Origin: an uncultured Methanomicrobiales archaeon
GTDB lineage: Archaea; Halobacteriota; Methanomicrobia; Methanomicrobiales; Methanospirillaceae
Assembly (NCBI GenBank): GCA_963758915.1
Contig: CAVWXH010000003.1
Location: 192,001-256,000, forward strand
Reading direction: 5' to 3'
Length of the DNA stretch: 64,000 bases
Shown: positions 18,985-28,792 of the stretch, piece after piece
How the letters are laid out: each line of letters opens with the position of its first letter
Position numbering within the stretch: the stretch's first letter is position 1
Program-made: the position numbers and the translations under genes
The notes under the pieces: generated by a model
The model's database searches: none
What the model was told of the DNA's origin: nothing
Seen by the model: the letters and a program-made list of their open reading frames with translations, nothing else

Positions 18985-20022
18985 ATGTTCAGATTCGAAA
19001 AGGAACAGAAAGTCTGGGATTTCAATGGCACCATGATAGGTGGTCAGCCGGGAGAATATCCGACTGTATTAGGTGCATCCATCTTCTACAACAAGCACGA
19101 AGTTGTTCTTGATGACCACAAAGGCACCATCAACAAGGAAACGGCTGAGGCACTCTGGAACCGCTGTCAGGAACTCTCTGACATGACCGGTATCAAGCAC
19201 TTCATCCAGATCATCGCCGAGTACGGCGAAGCTTTCGAGAGCTACTTCAACTGGTTTGACAGTATTGATAACAAGACTGCATTCCTGATGGACTCTTCGG
19301 CGCCAGCAGCACTGATTCACGCATGCAAATACGTGACAGAGGTCGGGCTTGCAGACCGTGCGATCTATAACTCGATCAACGGATCTATCCTGCCGGAGAG
19401 TATTGAAGCGCTGAAGAACAGCGACGTCAACGCGGCAATTGTGCTCGCATTCAACCCCGGTGACCCATCGGTTGCCGGAAGGGAGAAAGTGCTCACAGAG
19501 GGTGGCGTCGCAGGGCAGTCAAAGGGTATGCTCCAGATCGCAGAAGAATGCGGGATTACCCGCCCGATTCTCGATACTGCAGCAACACCCCTTGGCCTTG
19601 GTTCCGGTGGCTCATACCGTGAGATCCTCGCCTGTAAGGCAATCCACGGCTACCCGACCGGTGGTGCATACCACAACATGACGGTATCATGGACCTGGCT
19701 CAAGCGCTGGAAAGGCTCAAAGAAGAACCCATCCAAGCTCGCAGAATCCTTAAACGGCAAGGATTTATACAAATCCCAGCTCTTACACCACTACCAGGGT
19801 GGTATGGAAGGGGTCATCCAGGCCGCCTGGTCGGCCCCGGATATCGGCTGTAACATGATCGCAAGCACACTCGGTGCAGACTTAATCATGTACGGGCCTA
19901 TCGAGAATTGTGAGGCAATGATGACGGCGCAGGCCTACACGGACATTGCAGTCCTCGAGGCAACCAGACAGCTCGGCATCGATGTCAAGGCTGATGAGCA
20001 CCCCATCTTTAAACTCATCTAA
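18985..20022 (+). CDS. mtrH: Mtr subunit H
   Basis: MFRFEKEQ..GGQPGEYPTVL, YNSIN, YGPIEN. Confidence 0.97.
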   Translation: MFRFEKEQKVWDFNGTMIGGQPGEYPTVLGASIFYNKHEVVLDDHKGTINKETAEALWNRCQELSDMTGIKHFIQIIAEYGEAFESYFNWFDSIDNKTAFLMDSSAPAALIHACKYVTEVGLADRAIYNSINGSILPESIEALKNSDVNAAIVLAFNPGDPSVAGREKVLTEGGVAGQSKGMLQIAEECGITRPILDTAATPLGLGSGGSYREILACKAIHGYPTGGAYHNMTVSWTWLKRWKGSKKNPSKLAESLNGKDLYKSQLLHHYQGGMEGVIQAAWSAPDIGCNMIASTLGADLIMYGPIENCEAMMTAQAYTDIAVLEATRQLGIDVKADEHPIFKLI

Positions 20023-20038
20023 TTTTTTTTTGCTTTTG
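20023..20038 (+). terminator. Oligo-T terminator of mtr operon
   Basis: T-run immediately after mtrH stop. Confidence 0.65.
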
Positions 20039-20232
20039 TATCAGATCTAATTAATTCCGGCTTATTTGCCGATTTTTATGTCCCATCATGATATAACCTT
20101 ATAGCACTAATGATACTGTATCACAAAAACCACAGAGGCGCCAGCGGCCATCATCAACAGGATGGATGGGGAAAGATCCGGGCCTCAATCACGTACAGGT
20201 TATACAGTGAGACTACCACCAGATCATACAAA

Positions 20233-20451
20233 ATGACAAAGGAATCCTTAATCCCTACTATTATCGGATCGAGAAGCGGCTATGCGATCCGGTTCACGTG
20301 TCCCTCCTGCCATAATGAAAATAAAATTTTGTACAACATGCCAAAACCGTATTATAAAGAGACCCGCGAGGCGAATTGTAAGCGGTGCAGGACACGCTAC
20401 ACCATACTTGTTCCTGATGATAACTCCAAAAACGTATTGAATCCAATTTAA
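20233..20451 (+). CDS. Small zinc-ribbon protein (72 aa)
   Basis: FTCPSC..ANCKRC paired CxxC motifs. Confidence 0.65.
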   Translation: MTKESLIPTIIGSRSGYAIRFTCPSCHNENKILYNMPKPYYKETREANCKRCRTRYTILVPDDNSKNVLNPI

Positions 20452-20615
20452 CTATTGTTTTCCGGCTGATTTCCGAGCCAGAAAAGCCTCCGGTTGTCAA
20501 TATCACAGACATTGTTGTTACGTTCCCGTAACGTGGAATTTCCCCCGCTGTTTATGGTTTTCCTGGAGCCCGGTCCTACAACAGGTTCTTTTAGTCCTAA
20601 AACCTCCAGATCATT

Positions 20616-21476
20616 ATGGAACTGGAACTTAAGGGAACGGATATTCCCACCAGAATCCGCCAGATGACTCGGGGCGAAGCGGATACAGCTATTGCCTGGG
20701 CCGCAGACGAGGGGTGGAACCCCGGCCTGCATGACGCGGATGCATTTTACCAGACTGATCCTTCAGGGTTTTTTTCTATCGAAACCGAAGGCAGCATGAT
20801 CGGGAGTGTATCGGTCGTCCGGTACGACAATACCTTCATGTTCGGTGGGCTGTATATCGTCCATCCCGACTACCGGGAGATGGGAATCGGACGTGCAGTT
20901 TACGATTTCGTGATGAATTATGCCGAAGGAACTAACCTTGGGATCGATGGGGTTTTTGCCATGCAGCCCGTCTACGAAAAATCAGGGTTTAATTTCGCAT
21001 ACCGGAATATCAGGTTCGAAAGCGTCGGAAAGGGGATTATTGACAAAACACTCACCCCGTTGAGGGAGGTCCCGTTCCCCCGGATCCTCGCATACGATAG
21101 TTTGTTCTTTCCCACCGTGCGGGAACAGTTCCTGAAGCATTACCTGTACCAGCCCGACTGCAAAGGATACGCAAGCATTACGAATGGATCGCTGGACGGG
21201 TATGGTTTTATCAGAAAGTGTTTCACCGGTTATAAAATCGGACCCCTGTTCGCAGGTAATTCACAAATTGCGGAAAAAATATACTCGGCCCTTTCTGCGT
21301 TTGCCGACGGCATGCCGGTTTTCCTCGATGTACCGGAACCAAACGCTGCAGGTATGGCTCTTGCAAAAGCACACGGGATGACAGAAGTCTTTGGAACGGC
21401 ACGGATGTATACCCGGGAAATCCCGAAATTACCAGTTGGGCAGATATTCGGGGTAACTTCGTTTGAACTCGGGTGA
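20616..21476 (+). CDS. Tandem GNAT acetyltransferase (YitH-like)
   Basis: EGWNPG, YIVHPDYREMGIG, YKIGPLFA, TARMY. Confidence 0.88.
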   Translation: MELELKGTDIPTRIRQMTRGEADTAIAWAADEGWNPGLHDADAFYQTDPSGFFSIETEGSMIGSVSVVRYDNTFMFGGLYIVHPDYREMGIGRAVYDFVMNYAEGTNLGIDGVFAMQPVYEKSGFNFAYRNIRFESVGKGIIDKTLTPLREVPFPRILAYDSLFFPTVREQFLKHYLYQPDCKGYASITNGSLDGYGFIRKCFTGYKIGPLFAGNSQIAEKIYSALSAFADGMPVFLDVPEPNAAGMALAKAHGMTEVFGTARMYTREIPKLPVGQIFGVTSFELG

Positions 21477-21544
21477 AAAGGAGGACCTTAATGCGGATAT
21501 TTTTTTATTTTTTAAAAAAAAACTGGTTCTAAATTTTTTTTCAC

Positions 21545-21928
21545 TCATACAAAAAGCGGCTCGAACCCGTTTGTCCCAACCGGTCCGAATTCCTTTTTTA
21601 TCTTCGGGTCCAGGTTGCAAACAGGGCACCGGTAATCATCGGGCAACTTTGAAAACGGGGTACCGGCTTTAATACCCCGGTGGGGCTCACCGCGGCTCTG
21701 GTCATACACGTACCCACAGACACTGCAGACAAATTTCGTAGGTACCCATTCATCGAATCCCCACTTTCCGATCTTGCCTTTCCCTTCCATACCGCAGATT
21801 GGGCATACATAGGTCTCGGGCAGGTCTTCGAAAAGCGTCCCGGCAGGGATCCCGTTGTGCGGCTCTCCACGCAGGGGGGAATATACATAGCCACACAATT
21901 TGCATTTATATCGATTTACTTCCGCCAT
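21545..21928 (-). CDS. Two-domain rubredoxin
   Basis: Two CxxCGYVY..G...GT.F..LP....CPxC units. Confidence 0.92.
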   Translation of the reverse strand: MAEVNRYKCKLCGYVYSPLRGEPHNGIPAGTLFEDLPETYVCPICGMEGKGKIGKWGFDEWVPTKFVCSVCGYVYDQSRGEPHRGIKAGTPFSKLPDDYRCPVCNLDPKIKKEFGPVGTNGFEPLFV

Positions 21929-22160
21929 GGTTTTAACACCACCATTTTGCAAGCCCATTCCAAAATGAACAAGCCTGATATATAGTGATGGTACCTGGAT
22001 CACATAAATGTGAAGGATGTGGTAATTCAAAGGAGCTACACTTTGGAGGGTTATCAGGAAAAATTGCAGCCTTCACAAGGCTAATCACCTCCAAGATTAC
22101 AATATGGTTCATAAAGCGGGTTTGGAATTATGATGCATGATGAAATGAAGGATATTCAAA

Positions 22161-22850
22161 ATGGATGTTAAGCGGTCACTGTTATTAATTCTCATTCTCG
22201 CGGTGGCAGTGGTATACGTCGCAGATATCTCCGGGTTGTTAATAAAACCGGGGGTGCCGGAAGCCAATACCAGCAGGGTACTTGCCGCTGCCGAAGTACG
22301 GAATTACCAGGGGGAGAAACTATCCTCTGTCACGGATTTTCGCGAAAATTCTATTAAAGGGCCTCAACATGTGAATATGAGTAATTACAGGCTGCAAATC
22401 GGCGGGTTGGTGACTACACCCCGAAGCCTGACCTATGATGAAGTGAAGGGGTTTCCAGGTTACCAGAAGGTCATAACCCTGCATTGCGTGGAGGGGTGGG
22501 ACGCAACAATTCTCTGGGAAGGTGTTAAAGTCAGTGACCTGATCACTACAGCAGGTGCAAGTCCCGATGCCAATACCGTGATCTTCTATGCATATGATGG
22601 CTATTCAACGTCATTGCCTCTTGATTATATCGAAAATAACGATATACTACTCGCTTACGGGATGAATAACGTGACCCTGCCTGAAGACAGGGGGTACCCG
22701 TTCCAGCTCGTAGCAGAAGATAAGTGGGGCTACAAATGGATCAAATGGGTAACAAAAATTGAGCTTTCCAACGATCCGTCCTACCGGGGATACTGGGAAC
22801 AACGCGGGTATTCCGTTGGGGGGGATACACGCAGCTCATTCTTTGCATAA
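22161..22850 (+). CDS. Molybdopterin-dependent oxidoreductase (sulfite oxidase/MsrP family) with N-terminal anchor
   Basis: LHCVEGW, GYPFQLV..KWGYKWIKWV, GYWEQRGY. Confidence 0.88.
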   Translation: MDVKRSLLLILILAVAVVYVADISGLLIKPGVPEANTSRVLAAAEVRNYQGEKLSSVTDFRENSIKGPQHVNMSNYRLQIGGLVTTPRSLTYDEVKGFPGYQKVITLHCVEGWDATILWEGVKVSDLITTAGASPDANTVIFYAYDGYSTSLPLDYIENNDILLAYGMNNVTLPEDRGYPFQLVAEDKWGYKWIKWVTKIELSNDPSYRGYWEQRGYSVGGDTRSSFFA

Positions 22851-22910
22851 TACTATTGCGAAAACCAGGCAGTTGTAAATATATGAGGAAAAACTAAAAA
22901 GGTCATCTGA

Positions 22911-23141
22911 ATGAAAGATCGCGATGTAAAACGGCTGGTCATCTGGCTCCTCGGGGGGGTAACGGTTATATTTCTTCTTTCCGGATTCGGGATTACAAAT
23001 CCGGATCTGTTCACACCACTTACCCTGGGTGTTTTTTCGAAATCGTTCTCCTACCAGTTGCATACCTATCTCTGGGGCCCGTTCCTCATCCTTCTCCTGC
23101 TCCATATCTACCTCGCCCAGAAAAAAACTCCACGCCTATAA
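22911..23141 (+). CDS. Small 2-TM membrane protein with His residues
   Basis: Two hydrophobic segments, LH..LH pattern; follows oxidoreductase. Confidence 0.7.
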   Translation: MKDRDVKRLVIWLLGGVTVIFLLSGFGITNPDLFTPLTLGVFSKSFSYQLHTYLWGPFLILLLLHIYLAQKKTPRL

Positions 23142-23296
23142 CAACAGGCATACCGGATCACCAGTCCCAGAATCCTGTAACATGGAGCAGGTCACTATCT
23201 GATAACAGAACAGATGGATAACAGGAATTAACTCCGGGTGTAATTCCCGGGGTAATAACAGAACAGTTAAGAGCGTTCACTCAATACAGTTTCGTG

Positions 23297-24652
23297 ATGG
23301 ATGAGCCCCGGTATTATAACAAGGCAGTAGAGACACTTGGCCGCGATGACCTTGATGCCCTGATCGATGAGCGTGTCAGCTATACCATTTCTTATGCCGC
23401 AGAACATTCCCCATTTTACCGGGACTGGTTCCGTGCACATCACATTGACCCACGGGATGTCAGGACCCACGAGGACCTCCTTTCACTTCCGATAATCTCC
23501 GGAAAGACCGTGCGGGAGAACCAGCCTCCGCAGACACCAGAGTTCCGTTTCAGGAGTGCTCCCATGGAAGATATTTTTACTATTCATGAAACGAGCGGAA
23601 CATCGGGGGTACCAAAGAGTTTTTTCCTTACGTACGAGGAATGGCTCAGGTATTCTGAAAAATATGCCCGAATATTTGTTTCACAGGGTTTTAAAAAGGG
23701 TGACCGGGTGGTGGTCTGCACCACGTATGGTATGAACGTCGGGGCAAACACCATGACCCTCGCCGCTCACCGGATTGGCTTTACCATGATCCCCACCGGG
23801 AACTGTAATTTTCCTGTACGCACACTGACGAGTTACCACCCGACCGCGATAATCGGCAGTGTATTCAAACTTCTCCATCTTGCACGAAGACTTGGCAATG
23901 AAGGGATTAATATCCAGGATCTGGGCCTTGAGAGGCTGGTTGTCGGAGGCGAGGGTTTTGCACAGGAAGCCAGGGAATATGTCCGGGAATTGTGGGGCTG
24001 TGGTATCTACAATACATATGGGAGCACAGAGGGCAGCATGTGCGGGGAATGTGACCAGCTTACCGGGCTCCATGTACCCGAAGACCTGGTCCACCTCGAT
24101 GTTTATGACCCGGGGATGGCAGAATTTGTGAGGGAGGGAGAATGCGGACGGGCGGTCCTCACCACCCTGCTGCCAGTTGGTGCAAAATGCGGAACGCTCC
24201 TGATTAATTACGATACCGAAGATACCACGGTTGTCATTTCCAGTGAGCAATGCTCCTGCGGCCGGACACATATGAGAATCATGAATCCGCAACGGGAGGC
24301 CGAGACCGTCTGGGTAAACGGGGCCCCTTTTAACCGCGTCGATATTGAACGGGGGGTATTCCAGCATGAAAATATGCAGTACCTGACCGGTGAATATGAG
24401 GCATTCCTCTACTCCGGCCATGACGAGCACGAGACCATCATGAAGGTAGGGCTCGAAAGCGAGGAACCTGACCACTGCAATACACAACGGATCGGTGAGC
24501 GGTTCCTTGATGCTTTCCTGAAAGGGCGCCCGGCGCTCTCAGCTGCACATGCGGACGGGTCCTTTAAAATCCTCTTCGGGTTTACAAAGATGGGCGGGCT
24601 TGAATTGCATACCCTGAAAGGGCGCCCGAAACGACTCGTTGACCGCCGCTGA
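23297..24652 (+). CDS. ftsA: Coenzyme F390 synthetase (adenylate-forming, PaaK-like)
   Basis: HETSGTSG.PKSFFLT, YGMNVGANTM, YGSTEG, KGRPKRLVDRR. Confidence 0.88.
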   Translation: MDEPRYYNKAVETLGRDDLDALIDERVSYTISYAAEHSPFYRDWFRAHHIDPRDVRTHEDLLSLPIISGKTVRENQPPQTPEFRFRSAPMEDIFTIHETSGTSGVPKSFFLTYEEWLRYSEKYARIFVSQGFKKGDRVVVCTTYGMNVGANTMTLAAHRIGFTMIPTGNCNFPVRTLTSYHPTAIIGSVFKLLHLARRLGNEGINIQDLGLERLVVGGEGFAQEAREYVRELWGCGIYNTYGSTEGSMCGECDQLTGLHVPEDLVHLDVYDPGMAEFVREGECGRAVLTTLLPVGAKCGTLLINYDTEDTTVVISSEQCSCGRTHMRIMNPQREAETVWVNGAPFNRVDIERGVFQHENMQYLTGEYEAFLYSGHDEHETIMKVGLESEEPDHCNTQRIGERFLDAFLKGRPALSAAHADGSFKILFGFTKMGGLELHTLKGRPKRLVDRR

Positions 24653-25046
24653 CTACCTGCCAGGAGCCGGTGCGGTGGAGGAACAGACCCCACATGAAGT
24701 TTGGGAACTGCACCAATCGACGATTTATTTACTATAAACTGCATACGATGTAATGCTCTTGATATGGCACCTGGCTTTATTGTTTTGCCGGACCCCCCAG
24801 AAACTGGCATCAACCCCCTAGCAGGTTGTCCAGATTCAAGAGCATTTTACTTTCCCAGCCGATTTTGACGTTATAATTCAATTGTCATTTCATCAATCAA
24901 TACCGGCGGACCCTTTCCGGCGATCGCGGCATTAGCCTTCATTCAACTACATAGGAATGAACGGTATCCAGTTATCAGGGGATGTAATGGACCGGGACTG
25001 ACCACCTGCTTTATCCGTGAAAAAACCAAAAATACTGGTTAGATTT

Positions 25047-25646
25047 ATGACGGATACGATCTCTGCAATAGTATACTCCTTCGGGGCCCTCTTTATTATC
25101 CTTGATCCACTCCTGTCGGTCCCAATCTTCACTGCAATGACAAAAGGACAGTCGAAGGCGGAGATCAGCAGGCAGGCACTTATCGCCGTTGCTGTTGCAG
25201 GGTTCCTGATGTACATCTTCCTTTTCTTTAACTTCCTGATCTTTGACGTGCTCCGTATCAGCCTGCCGAGTTTTCAGGTTGCCGGAGGTATACTTCTCTT
25301 TATTCTTGGTATGCAGATGTCACTTGGCATTGATATAGGAAAATCAAAAGACCATTCAAAAACGGTTGCGGGTGTTGTAATCGGAACTCCCCTCCTCTGC
25401 GGGCCCGGGGCAATAACAACAGTCCTCCTCCTTTCGAAAGATTACGGGATCCTGGTGCCGGCCATTGCAATAGGCCTGTCACTCCTTGCAACGTTCCTTA
25501 TCCTGAAATACTCAGCCTATATCCAGAAGATCCTCGGTGACTGTGTCACAGACATTATGGCAAAAGTGCTGGGAATGCTTGTTGCTGCGATTGCGGTAAA
25601 AATAATCATCGACGGGGTTATTGCACTGATCCCATCAGCCCTCTGA
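25047..25646 (+). CDS. MarC family membrane protein
   Basis: ILDPLLSVP, FQVAGGILLF, TPLLCGPGAIT. Confidence 0.9.
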   Translation: MTDTISAIVYSFGALFIILDPLLSVPIFTAMTKGQSKAEISRQALIAVAVAGFLMYIFLFFNFLIFDVLRISLPSFQVAGGILLFILGMQMSLGIDIGKSKDHSKTVAGVVIGTPLLCGPGAITTVLLLSKDYGILVPAIAIGLSLLATFLILKYSAYIQKILGDCVTDIMAKVLGMLVAAIAVKIIIDGVIALIPSAL

Positions 25647-25767
25647 TCTTCTCTCGCGTGAGAAGCAGGGGTAACAGTACCAGTTTCTATTTTTAACGGT
25701 ACTGAATTGGAGGACCCTAAAATGAGGGGATCCATGGTTTCAAACGCACCATATACCAGTTATTAGA

Positions 25768-25890
25768 GGCTTTATTGAGACCCTGTGGGTTGAAGGCCAT
25801 TAATTTCAGAGTATTGGGGATAGTCCATATCCCAACCGGGGCCACCAAAGCGGCGGGGCCATGAGCCCCCAGCGTGGATAAAATTCGGAG
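25768..25890 (+). repeat. Dispersed structured repeat, copy 2 (internally deleted)
   Basis: GGCTTTATTGAGACCC end, then TTCAGAGTATTGGGGATA..TATCCCAACCGGGG..GCGGCGGGGCCATGAGCCCC. Confidence 0.75.
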
Positions 25891-26109
25891 CTGCCGAAAT
25901 CGATACTGTCATTACAGCATTTTTAAAGAGCCGTTATTGCTCTATCCCAGGTGAAGATAGCGGCCTGTCATCTCCAGTGATTTGGAACAGCCCGGGATAC
26001 CACAGCAGGACCGGTTTTTTTTAACCATACAGGCATTTGAATGGGTTTCCTGGTAATCGAATCCTTTTTGAGGCCGGAAGACATGTTGTAGGTTTTTAAA
26101 CTTGGGATT

Positions 26110-26571
26110 ATGAAGGGTAAGATTGTGAAGAACGAGATCGAAGACTCTCTGGATTATACATTTAATAACCGCAATCTGCTCGAGCGTGCCCTGACCCGCA
26201 AGGCCTTTGCCAATGAACAGGGTCAACGGGGTATCTCATGCGAAGACCAGGAGATATTCTGCACGCTGGGTGATGCCGTGCTGAAAACAGTCCTGATCGA
26301 TCTCCTGATCCGGAACGGTATAACCACACCCGATATGATTACCAGGAGAAAGATTGAACTGGAACGTGAGGAAAACCTTGCAGCAATTGGCAGGAAAATT
26401 AATATCGGCCCTTTTATCAGGCTTGGTAAGGGGGAGGCGAAACATAATGCAGGTGAACAGCCATATGTCATTGCGGAGACTCTTGAGGCAGTTGTCGGTG
26501 CGGTTTTTCTTGACGGAGGATATATCTGTGCAGAAGAGCGGATCAAAGAGTGGTTTAAAGGGCTCTATTGA
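26110..26571 (+). CDS. Stand-alone RNase III-domain protein (no dsRBD)
   Basis: LLERALT, LGDAVL, RLGKGE, AETLEAVVGAVFLDGG. Confidence 0.85.
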   Translation: MKGKIVKNEIEDSLDYTFNNRNLLERALTRKAFANEQGQRGISCEDQEIFCTLGDAVLKTVLIDLLIRNGITTPDMITRRKIELEREENLAAIGRKINIGPFIRLGKGEAKHNAGEQPYVIAETLEAVVGAVFLDGGYICAEERIKEWFKGLY

Positions 26572-26742
26572 AACAAGGGATTCTGTTGAACCACACCTGA
26601 ACAGGAAGTATGGAGCCGGACCATGAAAATGCCCGTTTAAAATCTCCTTGAACAAAGGGTCAGTTCAGGCATGGAAGGCAGATGGTTCCTGCCAGCTCCT
26701 GACAAAAAAACGGTTATCCGGGAGTTTGCGGTTTCCCGCACA

Positions 26743-27675
26743 TTAAAGAGGCCGCCCGGGCTGCTTCGCAATCACGTTGATGAGGTCTTCTTTCCTTGCG
26801 TAATACACCTCTATCATGTGATCCGGGTGGTACCGCATCTTTGCCTCGCGAAGCCCCGAAACCCCCATATCACTTTCCCGGTTTATAAAAGGGAACCTGT
26901 CAAGAAGCAACTGGGCGGTTTCTTTATTGATGGATTTGTAAATACCCTCACAGTCAGGCAAACCTTTCTCAAAATGCACGAGTGCCGTGGTCTCGTTAAG
27001 AGGCTCAAACAGGGCCATGGCACCAATGGATCCCTTCACACGGATCGCAAGGCCCATCAGGCCAAGTTCCAGGAAATGCGAGGCTGCAAAGAAAACCGCA
27101 TCTTTCTCATGTGCAAGGAACGGTTCGGAATCACAGTTCTTCCACTCGCACCACCGGATAAGAAAATCCCTGACATCATTCAGGTTTTTTCCGGTAATGG
27201 GTTCTATTTCGGGCATACAGTTCCTCTGGAATTTATTCAGGTGGTGCCGGATAGTCAGGAATTTCTTTCCGGGGAGGTCTGCGAGGTCCCTTGTGCGATA
27301 AAGGTACTCGTGGTAATTACGGTCCGGGTAAAGCGGCAGACCAGGATAGGTGCTCGTGATCCATGATTTCGAGGGGTTATCCACCAGGACAAGGGGTATA
27401 TCATCGCCTTCCGCTACTGCGAGCCGGATTACATCAGCCAGGACAGACTCATCCCTGGGACCAATCGGTGGCCGGAAGGTTGTTTTCTCTTCAATGGTAC
27501 TGGATAAAACGAGGTTTCCCCGGACATATGCATATTCGTAATGTGCATAATGGTTCCAGCACACCATATTCGTAAATGTATTGTCGCTGTGCACCTGTGG
27601 GTATTTCTGGTAATGGCGTGCAAAGAATTCCCGGTCGCCCATTGTCACCGGTCTGAAATCACGTTTGGTCAGCAT
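26743..27675 (-). CDS. DUF2156 (aminoacyl-tRNA transferase-like) protein
   Basis: YLY...DLADLPGKKF, VHFEKG, INRESDMGVSGLREAKMRYHP. Confidence 0.85.
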   Translation of the reverse strand: MLTKRDFRPVTMGDREFFARHYQKYPQVHSDNTFTNMVCWNHYAHYEYAYVRGNLVLSSTIEEKTTFRPPIGPRDESVLADVIRLAVAEGDDIPLVLVDNPSKSWITSTYPGLPLYPDRNYHEYLYRTRDLADLPGKKFLTIRHHLNKFQRNCMPEIEPITGKNLNDVRDFLIRWCEWKNCDSEPFLAHEKDAVFFAASHFLELGLMGLAIRVKGSIGAMALFEPLNETTALVHFEKGLPDCEGIYKSINKETAQLLLDRFPFINRESDMGVSGLREAKMRYHPDHMIEVYYARKEDLINVIAKQPGRPL

Positions 27676-28126
27676 GAAATTTTTCTCCTTTTTTAGGATT
27701 CTGAAATATCATCGGTACATAACCTTCCATCCTTTCGAACCCCGATGGCAGGTAGAACTGCTCAGTCCCAGGTTCTGCAATCAGCGCAATCCACGTAATG
27801 CCCCGGTCCTGGCAGTACCTGACAAGTGTTATGAGAATTTTCCGGCCGATACCGCTTTGGCGGTACTCTGATTTCACGACCATATCCTGGATATAGGCAT
27901 CAGATGAACCATCTGATATCACCCTTCCCATCGCCACCGCCCTGCCACTTTCGTGGTCAACAGCCACGGCAAATGCCAGTGAACCCGATATCAGGAGACT
28001 GAGGTGCGCGGGGTCCCATTCTTCTTTCCACCACCCTGCTTCCCGGTATAGCGAGCGGATCTCCTCTGTATCCCAGTTCCTTACAAGGAGCACTTCGGTC
28101 CTGTCCCCCTTTGCACCATTATCCAT
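27659..28126 (-). CDS. GNAT N-acetyltransferase
   Basis: MGRVISDG..AYIQDMVV..YRQSGIG, FY..GF. Confidence 0.9.
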   Translation of the reverse strand: MDNGAKGDRTEVLLVRNWDTEEIRSLYREAGWWKEEWDPAHLSLLISGSLAFAVAVDHESGRAVAMGRVISDGSSDAYIQDMVVKSEYRQSGIGRKILITLVRYCQDRGITWIALIAEPGTEQFYLPSGFERMEGYVPMIFQNPKKGEKFHADQT

Positions 28127-28261
28127 GATATTGCCCTGCTGTCTTTGATGATCGGGTTACCCGTAATACCGGATTAAACCTTATGACATGGTAACATTGT
28201 TTTGATCATTTGCCCGGCCTTCCCCGGTATAGTCAGATGAAAATAAGTAAGAACCTTCAGA

Positions 28262-28792
28262 TTATTTCCTGGTCACCGCAATCGCGGTATCAACAATCGC
28301 ACCAAGCTGCTCAATACCCCAGTGCTCTGAGTTCAGGATCATATGGTAGAGCCCGAGGTCGGTGATATCAATCTGGTAATACATCCGGTACCGCAGCGCT
28401 TCACACTTTTCCCTCTCTTCGGTCGTATGTTTCGCTGTTTCCTCGTTAATGACTTCATCTCTGGACTGGATTCTCCTGACCCGGCAGTCAAGTGGAGCAT
28501 TAATCCAGATCTTTAAGTCCGCGGAGGGGACCATCCAGCCGGACAGCCTGCCCTCAACAATGATATTATCCCGGGATTCTGCAATTTCTTTCTGGCGTTC
28601 GTCAATCATCCGGTCAAACGATGGATCACTCTCTGCGAGCGCACCGAATTCAGGAAGGTCCATGTTATGCTCTTTTGCCATCTGGCGAAAGACCTCCCCT
28701 GCGGAGATCAGTTGAAAATTATGTTTTTCAGATAGGTAGCGTGCCAGTGAGGTCGTCCCGCTCCCGGGAAGTCCGCTCACGGTGATACGCAT
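28262..28792 (-). CDS. cmk: Cytidylate kinase
   Basis: MRITVSGLPGSGTTS, SAGEVFR, EGRLSGW. Confidence 0.95.
   Translation of the reverse strand: MRITVSGLPGSGTTSLARYLSEKHNFQLISAGEVFRQMAKEHNMDLPEFGALAESDPSFDRMIDERQKEIAESRDNIIVEGRLSGWMVPSADLKIWINAPLDCRVRRIQSRDEVINEETAKHTTEEREKCEALRYRMYYQIDITDLGLYHMILNSEHWGIEQLGAIVDTAIAVTRK

Noticed and set aside
19700-19830. Extra segment in MtrH (WKGSKKNPSK..HHYQGG)
   Set aside because: Appears to be a lineage-typical insertion; no evidence of a separate function.
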